A stretch of 64,000 nt of DNA. It comes from Octopus sinensis. Its lineage: Eukaryota. The stretch covers positions 28,272,001 to 28,336,000 of the forward strand of contig NC_043009.1 in the NCBI RefSeq assembly GCF_006345805.1, given 5' to 3'. A program made the position numbers and the translations under genes. A model generated the notes under the pieces. That model ran no database searches, was not told the origin of the DNA, and was given only the letters and a program-made list of their open reading frames with translations. Positions 25,786 to 40,149 of the stretch are shown one piece after another; the stretch's first letter is position 1; each line of letters opens with the position of its first letter.

Positions 25786-27572
25786 AGAATGGTCATAATA
25801 ATGATGATGATGATAGTAATGATGGCAATGATGCAGGTGATGGTGATAATGTCAACAACAATAGTAAATACGATGGTTCTGTCAGTGGTGGGGTGATGAT
25901 GATGATGATAATGGTAATAATGATGATGATGACAACAACAACAACGATAATGATGATAATCATGAAGATGATGGTGATGATGAAGATGATAATGATGATG
26001 ATGATGATGATGATGGTGATTACAACCTTCTTCCTGATGGGGAAAAATTTCTGAAGGAGTTATTCTAAGAGCAATAAAAGAAAATATTTAAGTGTTGCTT
26101 TATAATATTGCTGCTAACTTTGGTGGTGTTATTGACTCTTGAAGCAGATGTCAGCAATTCCATTTGTCTTAAAACCAATTTCATTCAAATCTAATATCTA
26201 GAGATCTGTATTAATATTTTGAAAACACAGGCTTTCAACATTTCTCCTAGAATATTCTCTGTAGAAAAATGACCATATTAGACAAATCTCCCCAAAGATA
26301 ATTGAGTTGTAATCTAAAGTGACATCTCTTTGGTTCCATTAACTTGTTTTATCTCCTTGACAACATGATTTTAAATTATGAAAACCATAAATGGAAACTA
26401 TGAAAGCAGTTGTGGTACTTTTTAGGATAATACAGGATTATTTATAATACCTGATTAGCCATTTCAATGAGGTGCAAGGTTTTGGTCAAACAGATCAATC
26501 CTAGTAAATATATGCTTACTCTTGAAATTTGGTTCTTATATCAGTTTTTTTGCTGAACCACGAAATTATGGGGGTATAAAGAAGCCAACAGTGTTTGTCA
26601 AATGGAGAAGTGACAAACACAGACACAAAGGCACAAACACACAAACACATACATACAACAGGCTTCCACACAGTTTCCATTTAGCAATTTAGCACATTCA
26701 CTCACCAGGCATTGGTTGGCCAAGAGGAATCAGCCATGGGTTAGATAATTTGTATTCTGCTAATGGTAATGTGAATGACTGTGGCCTAGTGGTTTAGGTG
26801 TTTGGCTTACAGTCAGAGAGTTTTGGTTTCAATTCTTCAAATGGATTGCATGTCATATTCTTGAGCAAGACACTTCATTTCACATGGCTTCAGTAAATTG
26901 AGCTCAAAAGGAGTTCTGGCTGACTGCAGCCACAGAACTCTCACCCTCTGGTTCTTACATCTTTAATACCCTTGTGGGTCAATAATGTCCAAGCGAAGGA
27001 GGCATCTGCACGTAATTATGTAGATACCTAAAACAATTAACTCAGGCATGGTCTGTGCACGCAGGTGCCTGAGTGCTTATGCATGGGTTTGTGTGTGTGT
27101 GTTATATATATATATATATATGAGAAATTACAATAAAAGTCTAGGGTAGAAAGGTTCTTGACAGGGTGACATGACAGCTTGCAGTTTCATGAAGTCACAT
27201 TAGGGTTCGATATTTATGTTTTCCAAGGAATATAAAACAACAGCCATCCATGGAGATTTGGTTTTTCGAAACTGTAGGCTTTTGCTTCATTTTACATCTC
27301 AAGGAAACTCTTTTGAAATAATGTTGACGGAATTTACAGTGATGGTGGGTCATGGTCCAAGGAGGAGGAGGAGGGGAGAAAGTAGAAGGAGGAGGAGTTG
27401 GGGAAGAAGAAGAAGAAGAAGAAGAAGAAGAAGAAGGAGAAGAAGAGGAGGAGGAGGAGTAGAAGAAGAAGAAGAAGAAGGAGGAGAAGGAAGGAGAAGG
27501 GGGAGAAGAAGAAGAAGAAGACTACAATTAAGAGTAAGAGTCAGGCCAATTCCAGAACAGAATGAAAACAGT

Positions 27573-27623
<51 letters not shown>

Positions 27624-28252
27624 AAAGTTTGAAAAAAAAACACAAATCAAATCTCTCAAAGAAGAAGAACATAAGAAAGACCAAACACAAGAAGAAGCGG
27701 CAGCAGCAGCAGCAGCGGCAGGAAAGAGAAGAAGAATAAAAGACTTGGTATTGTTTCAAGGAACAAAGTGCCAATGTTCCATTCTTTGAAAGGATACAGA
27801 CAGAAAATTAAACAAAGTTTAGTTTATCAAACAAAAGATGAATGAAAAAAAAAGAGAGAGAATATGAAAGTGTGTAAAAGAGGTAAAGAGTGGGAGAGGG
27901 ATGGCGGTGGGTTGGTTTGTATTTCGGTCAATCAGTTGATCAGTGAGTCGGTGGGTCAGCTGGTCGGTTGGTCAGTTTGGTGAGTTGGTCAATGACTGGT
28001 TGGCCGGTCAGTTGGATGGACGAAAAGTGTGGTTGCAAGAATTTTACACGCAAAGGCGATATATTATTCACCGTCACCGATGCCACCATCACCACCACCA
28101 TTACCACAACGACGACAACCAGCATATCGGGAAGTTGGAATCAATTCATTTAGCCTTTCTGTGATCAGTTTTATGTTTTTGAATATCATCATCATCATCA
28201 TCATCATCACCATTATCCTCTTCATCATCATCATTGTCATCATCATCATCAA

Positions 28253-28298
<46 letters not shown>

Positions 28299-28478
28299 GT
28301 TATTATTATTATTATTTTTTTTTTCTGTGTTCTTTTGACTTATTGATTTTTGGATTACTTTGGAAACACAACTTTGTCCTTCTGCCTTAATTAACAATCT
28401 TCAGTAGCAGAATAATATTTTTTTTGTAAATTTATATATGTGTGTGTGTAGGGGAGGGGGTCTGTTTATGTGTATGTG

Positions 28479-28510
<32 letters not shown>

Positions 28511-28880
28511 CACACACTTGTGTGTGTGAGTGTCTGCTTATGTATCTGTATATGTATGCATGGGTGTATATGTGCATGTGTGTGAGAGTATACATGTGCA
28601 TGTACTTGTGTGTATGTGCATATGCATGTGTGTATGTATGTGTGTGTTTTCATTTTCTTTGTTTATATAAGTGATAATAACGACGGTAATAAGAATAACA
28701 ACACTAATATGGATTTGTTTTATTCGATGGTGAGGGCGATGGAGGATGAGGGATGGGGGTAGCCCCAATAATAAAGATGATGATGATGACGATGATGATG
28801 ATAGCTACAACAACAGTGAAAACAATAATGATGACAATAATTGCTTCTAATTTATAATAATAATAAAGATGATGATGATG

Positions 28881-28915
<35 letters not shown>

Positions 28916-28975
28916 AATGATGATGAGGATGGCAACAACAATAGTAATAATATTGATAATAATAATAATAATAAT

Positions 28976-29019
<44 letters not shown>

Positions 29020-29335
29020 CAACAATTGCTTCTAATTTATAATACGATTAATAATAATAATAATAATAATAAAACTAAAATAGAAATATAAAAATTAAAA
29101 ATGTTGATGATGTTGATAATGATGATGATGAGGATGATTGTGATGCTGATGATGACAACGATGACAGCATTAGAAATCTTCTTCACTATCATGATCAACA
29201 ATGCCACCACCACCACTACCATCACTACTACTACCACCATGACAATCATCATCAGCATCAGCACCATCATTATCATGGTTATTCTCACCACTATCATCAC
29301 CACCACCACCGATCTGCCACCTTTGCCATTGTCAA

Positions 29336-29370
<35 letters not shown>

Positions 29371-29508
29371 CCATCATCTTCATCACAAACATTTTTAAAA
29401 CATCAAAGTCTACATTGTACATATTTCAATATTTGAAATTAGTTCACTTATTCCAAAGAAACACCAAGTAATTTTGTTATCAAAATCATCATCATCATCA
29501 CTACCACC

Positions 29509-29542
<34 letters not shown>

Positions 29543-29553
29543 TCATTACTTAC

Positions 29554-29610
29554 CTTTGTTTTGCAGTGAATAAATCATTTCATTGTTGTAATATTTGATC
29601 TTGTGGCTTG
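29554..29610 (-). CDS. Candidate 57-nt phase-1 exon (SHKIKYYNNEMIYSLQNK), unknown protein
   Basis: tttgaaacag acceptor, AAG|GTAAGT donor, single open frame; phase-compatible with 40328-40353. Confidence 0.3.
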
Positions 29611-30299
29611 CTGTTTCAAATTATAATCTCACAACAAAATAAAATAATTAGACAATGATGGTGATGATGATGATGATGATGATGATAACGATGGTGATGA
29701 CAGTAATGAGGACAGCAACGATGATGACGAAAACAACCCTGATTATGACAGTAATGTTGATGATGATGACGATGATGATGCTAATACTGATGATGATTCT
29801 GATGATGAGGATGGTAAATATTTACGATTGATTAGATCAAACCAAGTAATTAACTGGCATTTCTTGTTTTTATCTCATCATCTACCCCAGCAACAAAAGC
29901 CTGAAATTTATTACCCTGATATATACATATATATGTATATATATTTCAAAATTTAGACCGAGAAGGGAAAAAACGGTGAAAACTGGGTGAAGAAGGAGAC
30001 AAAACCACGATACAAGGAACATTTGCAGAAAATTTTCTCATCAGTTGGTTTCTGAGACACCTTAGTGGTTCCATGCTATTTAAAAACAAGACCACTGTTA
30101 TCTAATGGAAACGCCAGAGCATAGGGCTATAGGGAAAAGCTGACAATAGCAAGGTACCATAGGCTGGAGGCAGAAAAGTCCACTATTTATGCAAGACTCA
30201 AGGAGTTCCAATAAAACCTGTGATAAAAATAAAATAATATATATTTCCTTATTGCCCACAGGGGGAGGCAAACACAGAGGGGACAAACAAGAACAGACA

Positions 30300-30468
30300 A
30301 AGTGATTAAGTCAATTACATTGCCCCCAGTGAATAACTGGTACTTATTTAATTGACCCCAAAAAGATGAAGGCTAAAGTCGACCTTGGTGGAATTTGAAC
30401 TCAGAATGTAACAGCAGACAAAATACCGCTAAGCATTTCACCTGGCATACTAAAGATTCTGCCAGCTT
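30300..30468 (-). mobile_element. SINE family B copy
   Basis: Reverse complement of the family B head and body. Confidence 0.8.
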
Positions 30469-30815
30469 GCCGATATATATATATATATATAATTATCATT
30501 ATCATTGTATACATGCATATGAATATCATCATCATCATCATCATAATCATCATCACTGTCATCATTCATTATTTGCTTCACTAGTTTTTGAGAAAGAATA
30601 CATTTCCCCCATAACCAGACATGTCTTTCATGAAAGACTGGAAACACATAAGATTGCTTGTATGACAGGGATGCTCATTTACAATTACAATAGGATTTTA
30701 AGACAAGGTTATATACACACCTGTGCATGTGGGTATATAGTACGTGAATGTGTGTGTTTGTATACACATCTGTCTATCTATTAATTGATTTATTTATCTA
30801 CCTATCTGTCTATCC

Positions 30816-30876
<61 letters not shown>

Positions 30877-32202
30877 CCTATCAATCTAACCCATGCCAGC
30901 ATTGAAAATGTCTGTTTCTGATGCTGGCATGGGTTGGATGGTTCGACAGGTGCTACCCATCCTTCATAGTTTCTACATATATGGTCCCTGTTATATATTT
31001 TATGGATATATTTCTAACATATATGGGTTATAATTTATTCCTCTAACTGTTCATTCCACAACAATGACAGTATGGTATTTAAAATATCTAAACAATTATT
31101 TAACTTTTGTTGACTTATTCCATACATACATACATACATAGATCATCATCATCTTCATCGTTTAAGGTCTGTTTTCTGTGCTAGCATGGGTATATATGAA
31201 TATCCATCCATACATACATGCATACATATTTACATACAAGCATATATGTGTGTGTGTGTGTTTATATATGTATGTTTGTATATATGTGTATATATTTCTA
31301 CAAGTAAACACACACACATATATACATACACATCTATGTATGTATATATCGAATAAGCCTGCAAAAGGTTAAATAATTGCTTTCATGTATATATATATAT
31401 ATAAATATATATATATGTATGTATGTATGCATGTATGTATGTATGTATGTATGTATGTATGTATGTATGTATGTATGTATGTATGTATGTGTGTGTGTAT
31501 GTATGTATATACACATATGAATTCTTGAAAATTATGATTTATTTTGCAGTAAAATTTAATGACTTTAAATCGGTACATTGTTGGTGGCAGAGAACTCCGA
31601 GACTCTAAGATCAGTCTATGGAAAACTTGCTTCCGCTTTGAAACAAACTTCAACTAATGGAGATCTCTTGAGAAAGTTTTCTGCATTGATTCCGCAAAAG
31701 AAAAATGGAAGACATAAGTATAGAATTCTGAATAATACTCATAGAAATAAATGTTCCATTTGATGAAAGTTTCTTTGGGAAATATTTCTTTTTAATTTTC
31801 TAATTACTTTTGTGGAATTTCAGTATATGCAGGTGAAAGGTGTGTATTCCTGTTAAGTCTGCAGCCTTATAAACTGGTCAGATAGCTCCTTAACACTCAA
31901 GAAAGATGGACCCAATATAGTCGTTAGTTGAACCATTCAAGTATTGATCTTTACTGAAAGTGCCTGATGTGGCGCCTGAAGGCATTAATATAGAAAACTT
32001 ATTTTATATATGTATACATATGTGAGTGTGTGTGTGTATGTGTGTGTGTGCATATACATACAACATCTGCATGTAAATATCTATCTACCTACTCACACCT
32101 ACTCTCTCTCTCCCCCTCTCTCTTATATATATATATATATATACACACATATATTTATGTATGTATATGCATATATCCATATCTCTCTGTTTCTCTCTCT
32201 CT

Positions 32203-32233
<31 letters not shown>

Positions 32234-32396
32234 AGACACTCATATATAAATGTATTATACATACATATATATATACACACACACGCAAACAGACATATAA
32301 TAAATATGCATGTCCTTGTGTGTAAATACATATATATGCATGTGAGTGTATGTACGTGTCTGTGTGTACCTATATGCGCATGATTGTATGTATGTG

Positions 32397-32457
<61 letters not shown>

Positions 32458-32460
32458 CTA

Positions 32461-32529
<69 letters not shown>

Positions 32530-33018
32530 GTGTATATGTGCAAGATAATTACGTGTATATATACATAAGAATGTGAATAACTAACCAGCCAATGAAAATG
32601 TTTTAAAATGTATTAGAAATTCTTTAGAGCCATTCTCCAAAATGTTGAGATGTTGAGATGGCATAGTATTATTCTAAAGAGTAGCATTTAAGCAGGATTT
32701 ATATTTAGAAATAGGAATGGTTTGAACGATGCATTTCCTATCAGATGTAATTTAATAAAGCATTTCTTACGAAAGACTCTGTAAGGAGGCTGGAAAAGAA
32801 GATTATGGTGAAAAATAACAAAGAATGTTATAACTGTATCTTTCACATAAGTTTCGTACATTCTGTTACATATATACATATTTATTTATATATCTACATA
32901 TATATGTGTATACATGTGTGTGCGTGTATCTGTATATATATATATGTATCTATCTACCTTTCTATTTATGTGAGTATGTGTGTGTATGCATATACATACA
33001 TATATATAAATGCATATA

Positions 33019-33049
<31 letters not shown>

Positions 33050-34509
33050 GCATGTATACACACACACATATATATATATATGCACATCATCATCATCATC
33101 ATCATCATCGTTAACCTCCGCTTTCCATGCTGGCATGGGTTGGATGGTTGCACATATATATACATATATATGCATTTATATATATGTATGTATGTATGTA
33201 TAGGCATACACACACACACTCACATAAGTAGAAAGGTAGATAGATAGGTAGATAAAGATGTAAATAGACAGGTAGATAGATAGATATAGATACACATATT
33301 TATATGTATTTTATGCAGATTCTTCTATGCTGGTTTGCTTTACAAATCATCATCATCATTCTCATCACCATCATCATGTAACATCTGCTTTTCCACCCTG
33401 GCATGGGTTAGATGGTACAAATCTGAAGACTGAAACTGAGTCACAGCATCTGCTTTGGCAAGGATTCTTTGATGTGATGCCCTTCCTACTGACAACCACA
33501 TCCCAGAGGGCAATGGGTACTTTCTCCATAACACTGGCACTAGAGAAATCACCAAGACCGTTACAAGATGTGACCCCTCAACTGAGGGAAAGTGAAATAC
33601 TGAGAGAGTTGGCTTTATTCCAGTGTTGCCTTTTACCATTCCATAGTGAATGAAAAAATATACCTGTCTTTTACTGACGCTGACAGAATCACTTGTCTCA
33701 CTCTATTCAAAATTGCTGACCTTGTGACAGTGAATTTAATTCCAAAATCTTTTTTGTTCTGTTATGGAAGGAATTGTATTTCTGAGAATATTGGAATATT
33801 GCTGTAATGTGTAATTCTTTGATATGCTGTCTCTTCTCTCACCCCATTGACTTCCATATTACATAACATGGAAGCCATGAAAAAACGGTAAATGATACGG
33901 AAGTGAATGAGAAAAGGGTTTTCCTTTTTAAGAATTCTATGTCAGAGAAGTATTTTCAAGAATGGAACACTTCTGTAATGTAGGAGATGTCAGTATTAAG
34001 CCTCTTCAAAACTCAGGAAAGATCTATGTTTGGGTATTGTTTTCACATCTAGAATAGTATTACTGCTGTGTACAAACGTCTTTGACATCATCCAGCAAAA
34101 TGCCACTCAAACAAATATCAGGCATTATGAGTTACTTACTGACTTCACAAGTGCCAATGCTTTGGCAAAGGCATGCAGTATATGTTTTAGAGCAGGTTGT
34201 GATCAGGAAGGGCATCAAGTCATAGAATCCATGCCAAAGAAAATACCAGACCTCAAATGCAGTCTTCTGATTTGGCAGATCCTGTAGAACCCTCCAACAC
34301 TTGCGAACATAGAAAACAAATATTAAAGGATATATTCCAGCATGTCTGGCACAATGCCATGTTGTTTTCTCTTTCTGCCATTTCCACCACTATGACAATG
34401 GCCTCTGCTCTTTGGAACTGGCTCATCCTGTACTACCACTACCACCACGACCACTGCCGCCACCACCACCACTGCCACCGCCACCACCACCACCACTACC
34501 ACCACTACT

Positions 34510-34720
34510 CAGTTACTCTCTCATATTCTCTTCCTTTTCCTATCGCCCAAGTCATGTCTAATGTACCAGTCCATCTCTGACCATCAAGCCAAAATTCTCC
34601 TCAGAACTTCATCTCCCAAGAATGCCCTCATTGCATATGTATTCATTGCTGTTGTTGACTTGCAACAGTTTAAACAGGACATTAACAGCATCGACCTCAT
34701 CAATCTCAAAGGGACTGCAA
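34510..34720 (+). pseudogene. Possible L2/CR1-type LINE fragment (end of APE domain and linker)
   Basis: Translation ISDHQAKILLRTSSPK...VDLQQFKQDI resembles the SDH...IDLxxFKxDL region after LINE AP endonucleases. Short and frameshifted. Confidence 0.35.
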
Positions 34721-34993
34721 TGGCTATAGGCTGTGACCCCTCAGCTGAACCTAAACGATTTAAATAAAATTATTCCGAAGAATAAAAGGAATACCCATAG
34801 CATTATTACTGGACATGAAGTGGGTTGATGGGGGTGTTTTTTACTTGGGTTAGATATCTAATCCTAATGGTTGTGGGGGTATAGTGTAGAAGTGGGCAGT
34901 TAATTAACATTGCAAGTATATGTGAGTGTGTGTGTATGTGTGTGTGTGTATGTGTGTGTTTGTGTGTATATGTATTTGTATATGTATGTATGT

Positions 34994-35479
34994 CATTATT
35001 CAGTTTTATTCTCATGCTTATAGTTGCCTATCTAGACATGTTCATATATATTCAAATGATATTTAAACGATAAACTTCTGGAAAGTTTTACAGATTTTTA
35101 CAGTTCCAGTGATGGCTTGAATCTGTAGTCTTCAAATCAGCTTTCTCCTTTCTGGTTTTGACAAGCCTAATTTCTCAAGACTGGTATTCAGGCAGTGTGT
35201 TGCATATCCCAGTGCCCCTATAATTACAGGTATAAACCTGAACTTGTAATCTGGATAGAGTAGCTGTTTGTTTCTCAATAGTTCTGTGTAAATATTTTCT
35301 TTTGCATTGGTCTTTATGTTAACTTCTGCTGGGCGGTTGATTTCCACAACTGCACACAGTTTCTCTTTCTTATCCCAAATTACTATGTCAGGTCTATTGT
35401 GTTTACATTTTATTGAGGTTTTCAGTGAGATATTCCACCAGCACTCCTTTTTATTATGAGTGGCTATGGCTTCTACCAT
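34994..35479 (-). mobile_element. Heavily 5'-truncated RLE-type non-LTR retrotransposon (second family) in a (CATA)n tract
   Basis: HNRPDIVIWDK...VVE...KENIY..L...FIPVIIGALG (PD-(D/E)xK RLE). The frame continues past an in-frame TGA at 35132-35134 as RLQIQAITGTVKICKTFQKFIV to TAA at 35063. The 3' UTR has AATAAA then (CATA)n, and the 5' side abuts (CATA)n at 35480-35553. Confidence 0.85.
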
Positions 35480-36145
35480 GTATGTATGTATGTATGTATG
35501 TATGTATGTATGTATGTATGTATGTATGTATGTATGAATGTATGTATGTATGAATCAATGATGGCTTAACTGCCTGGAACTTCAAAGTATCTGTGATTAA
35601 TATTCTTGTTTAAGAATAATAAATTTGTCCTCTACAAAAGTGTAAAGTAAATTATCAGATTAATGTAAAATTAAAAATAAAAACACACAGACACACATAT
35701 ATATATTTATAAACTATTTTAATATGTGAATAAGGGATCAAATGGTGAAATATTTAAAGTCAAGGGGCAATTGATGGAGGAAGGGTTAAGAACCATCGTC
35801 TTGCTTGATGCTTATCATCAAATTGTATCAGTTAATGTAGCAACAGTAGCCTCAGCAACAATTCTATAAGATTAGTCTCATTATTTTTAATGAAGACATG
35901 ACATTTACAATATGTCTGCCATCAATTTAAGTGAATATATTAACAGTAGCAATTACTTGACAATAATATTTGACTTGAAGAACAATTTGCCTAAACTTTG
36001 CTGGTGCAGATCTTTAGTGATGAGGCAGAAATCTATTCAGAATCTACACATCTTCCATTAAATTTTATAAGCATACAATGCCATTCAAATGTACAACGAT
36101 GTCTTTTATGTACAATAATTATGTATGTTTATATATGTGTGTCAA

Positions 36146-36480
36146 TGTGCATAGCTCAGTGGTTAGAGTGTCGAGCTTACAGTCATGAGGTTGTGAGTTC
36201 GATTCCCAGACCGGGCTGCGTGTTGTGTTCTTGAGCAAGACACTTTATTTCATGTTGCCTCAGATCACTCAGCTGTAGAAATGAGTTCCAACATCACTGG
36301 TGCCAAGCTGTATCGGCCCCTTTGCCTTTTCCTTCGATAACATCAGTGGTTTGGAGAGGGGAGGCTGGTATGCATGGGTGACTGCTGGCGATCCATAAAC
36401 AACCTTGACCGGACTTGTGCCTTGGAGGGTAACTTTCTTGGTGCAATCCCATGGTCATTCATGACTGAAGGAGGTCTCCC
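36146..36480 (+). mobile_element. SINE family C, near full length (tRNA-like head tagctcagtggttagag...gagttcgattccc)
   Basis: A and B boxes; partial homologue at 59475-59685 (minus). Confidence 0.85.
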
Positions 36481-37229
36481 ATTTATATATGTATGTATAT
36501 AAATATAAGATGAGAGAGAGCCTGTCATGAAGGAAAGAAAAACATCAAAGTATAAAAATTAAAAAAAGGGATTTTCAAAGTTGATGTTATTTGGTTAATG
36601 CTCAAAGGGAGGAAAAGTTATGAAGTGTAAGTTACAGAATAAGTATAAGATTTTAAACAGAGTCTTTTGTTGGATATTGAGAAAAATCTAGGGAAGAGAG
36701 AAATGAATGGAGGAAAGGAGATCAGAAAACAGAACCAGAAAAAAACTCATTTATATATATATGTATATATATGTGTGGGTGTATGTGTGTGTGTATGTAT
36801 TTGTGTGTTTATGTCCCCATAACTTAGTGGTTTGGGAAAAGAGACTGATAGAATAAGTGCTAGTCTTACAAACAATAATTCCTGGGTTGATTTGTTTGAC
36901 TAATTAGTCGAGTTGGTCCAGCATGGCTGCAGTTAAATGACAGAAACAAATAAAAGAATGAAATAAATAATATATATCATCATCATCATCATCATCATCA
37001 TTATCATTTAACACGTGTTGTCCACGCTGACATGGGTTGGACAGTTTGGCCAGAGCTGGGAAGCTGGTGGGGCTGCACCAGGCTCCAATCTGATTTGACA
37101 AGGTTTCTACAGTTGGATGCCCTTCTTAACACCAATCTCTTTATAGTATGTACTGGATGCTATCACATGGCACTGCATTGGCACTTTTACACACACACAC
37201 ATATATATATTCTTTTTTCCTTTTCTTTT

Positions 37230-37572
37230 ATTTGTCACAGTTATTTGTCTGTGGCCATACTGGAGCACCACCTTCAGTTGAACAAATCGACCCCAGGACT
37301 TATTTTTTGTAAGCCTAGTACTTAGTTTATCATTCTGTTTTATCGAATTGCTAGGTTACGGGGACGTAAACACACCAACATTGGTTGTCAGGTGATTGTG
37401 GGGGGACAAACACACACACACACATATATACACCAGGCTTCTTTCAGTTTCCGTCTACCAAATCCATTCACAAGGCTTTGGTCAGCCCGAGGCTATATGG
37501 TGCCACGCAGCAGGACTGAACCTGGAACCATATGGCTGGAAAGCAAGTTTCTTACTATACAGCCACTCCTGC
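37230..37572 (-). mobile_element. SINE family A copy
   Basis: Head and body are recognisable. Confidence 0.8.
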
Positions 37573-37879
37573 ATGTATGTATGTATATAGAAATTTGTTT
37601 TGTACATATGAGGTTCTGAAGTTCTGGGAATGATTTCTTTGAATGGCACCTTGGGCAACTTTATTTACCATAATTTTGGGCATGATGTTGGACCACTCCA
37701 GCCCATGCCATCATGGAAATGCAGACATGAAATAATGCTACTGCAGCTACTACTGCTACTGTTGTTAACGATGATAGTGATGATGATGATGACAATGGCA
37801 ACAACAGTGTCGAAGATGATATATATTTGAGTGTGTATAAGCATGTTCTAATGGCAGACGGTTAATATCCTTGTCATCT

Positions 37880-38033
37880 ACACCCTTGACAATGCTCATA
37901 TGTATTCTACACCTAATATTTAAACTTGTGAACTCATTTCCTTTGTTTGCTTTAAATTTTCTTGTTCCTTTTTTGTTTTATTTGCTCTTCTCTATTCTAA
38001 TTTATTCTTTTGTGTATTATCCTTATAAATATT

Positions 38034-38074
<41 letters not shown>

Positions 38075-38255
38075 TATTATTATTATTATTATTGTTATTA
38101 TTATTATTATCATTATTATTATCATCATCATCATCATTATTATTATAATTATTATTATTATTATTATTATTACTATTATTATTATTATTATCATCCTCAT
38201 CATTATCATTATCATCATCATCATTATCATCATCATCATCATCATTCTTCTTCTT

Positions 38256-38286
<31 letters not shown>

Positions 38287-38350
38287 TTATTATTATTATT
38301 ATTATTATATTATTATTATTATTATTATTATTTTTATTATTTTTATAATT
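37880..38350. repeat. Compound (CAT)n/(TAT)n/(TCT)n microsatellite
   Basis: Direct reading. Confidence 0.9.
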
Positions 38351-39455
38351 ATGTTTATTATTATTATTACTCTTCTTATTAAGATTCCATCTTTAATAAT
38401 ACGAAACCTGTATTTTTCGTTTTTGTTTTTGTATTTTTTTTTTTTTTTGCGAGAGTGAGCAGTTTGATTTTTCTTTAAAATAGCAATGCCAATTTTCATC
38501 TGATTAAAATTTAAATTGGATGTCAAAACTAAATTAAAGATGTCCAGTGCCAGATTAATACAATGCCATATGATTATTGTACTCAGGAGTGCATTAGTAT
38601 TCATAACTCTCATTATTTTATGTTGTTGTTCTTGTTGTTGTTGGTGTCGGCAGTTTTCTTTTTCGCTTGTATATTTGTTTATGTTTGTGTTTTTGTTATA
38701 GTCTATAAAACCTTGCCCTCTTTCTCGAGGACTATCACGGCATGTATGCGTTTGTGTGTGTGTGTGCATATATATGTGTATGTGTGAGTATTCGTGAATG
38801 CATGCGTGTAATTGCGTATGCCTGACATTATTGTAACAAGTGCATGAGTGTGTATGAGTGTATGTTTATGTGTGTATGTGTTTGTTTAAACTATAATGCC
38901 TTGCTCTCTTCCTCACACCATTGGTGTATCTCAGCATGCATATGTGTGTGCATGTATGCATGTGCAGTGTGCGTGTGTGTATGTGTATGTGTTTGCATCT
39001 AGGTGTGTATATGTCACTGCATGTATGTGCGATTGAATATGCCTCACACTTTTGCAACAGGTGTATTTCTTTTAGCGTGTGTGGGTGTATCAATGTAACA
39101 CTGTATCTGCATGTGTGTATGTAACACTGTGTGTATATAGTGTCTATGTGTATAATACTCAATGCATTTGTGTTTATTAGTGTGTGTGTGTGTGTGTGTT
39201 TACATGCATAGAAATATATATATACATACATGCATACATAAATACATGCACACATAATATACAAATATATATACACACACACACACACATATATATGTAT
39301 ATGATAAAATAAGGACCAGTTGTGTCCTGGGCCTATGTAATCAACTTACCCCTTCCCTAAATTTGCTGGCCTTGTACCAAACTTTGAAATCAATATATAT
39401 ATATATATATCCATATATATATATATAAATATTGATATACTTGTTCTTTTATTGT

Positions 39456-39847
39456 TTTACTTGTTTCAGTCATTTGACTGTAGCCATGCTGGAACAGTGC
39501 CTTTAATCATAAAAACTGCCCCCAGGACTTATTCTTTGTAAGCCCACTAGTTATTCTATCAGTGTCTTTTGCCAAATCTCTAAGTTACGGGGACATAAAC
39601 ACATCAACATCAGTTGTCAATCAATGGTGGGGGATAAACTCAGACATAAAAACATATACATGTACATATATACATGCATATATATGCATACAATGGGCTT
39701 CTTTCAGTTTCCATCTATCAAATCCACTCACAAGGCTTTGATTGGCCCAAGGCTATACTAGAAGACATTTACACAAGGTGCCATGCTATGGGACAGAACC
39801 CGGAACCATGTGGTTGGTAAGCAATGAACCAGCCACTCCTTTGCCTA
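39456..39847 (-). mobile_element. SINE family A copy
   Basis: Head and body are recognisable. Confidence 0.85.
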
Positions 39848-39960
39848 TATATCTATATATATCGTTTTACTTATAAATGTCTTGAAAACTCCTCACAGCC
39901 TTGGCTTTGTTATCTCTTTTTGTCTAACACACACACACATATATTATATATCTAATATAT

Positions 39961-39997
<37 letters not shown>

Positions 39998-40089
39998 ATA
40001 TATTTGTTAAAGAAAACAACAAACTTTAAGGCAAGGTAAACATCTCAAGTCATATATATTATTATTGGAAAAAATTTAAAGTCTTCCAG

Positions 40090-40149
40090 TGGTTTCTGAT
40101 GATGGAATATCCCATAATCTGGGATATCCCAGAAACAGATGTAAGACTG
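40090..40149 (+). ncRNA. Minimal type I hammerhead ribozyme-like motif inside a fold-back element (40045-40193)
   Basis: TGGTTT-CTGATGA(40096-40102)-12-bp stem II with one mismatch-GAAA(40132)-CAGATG-TA|AGACTG. Stem III ACAGATGT is one base from the palindrome ACAGCTGT. Confidence 0.7.

Noticed and set aside
33850-34200. Possible degenerate transposase-like coding sequence (also 14360-15030 and 22100-22600)
   Set aside because: These are higher-complexity islands with many stops in all frames and no diagnostic motif I can support.
36146-36215. tRNA gene calls for SINE heads (also 2951-3016, 7661-7750, 63020-63083)
   Set aside because: A/B boxes are present, but there is no complete cloverleaf and each runs into a repeated SINE body.
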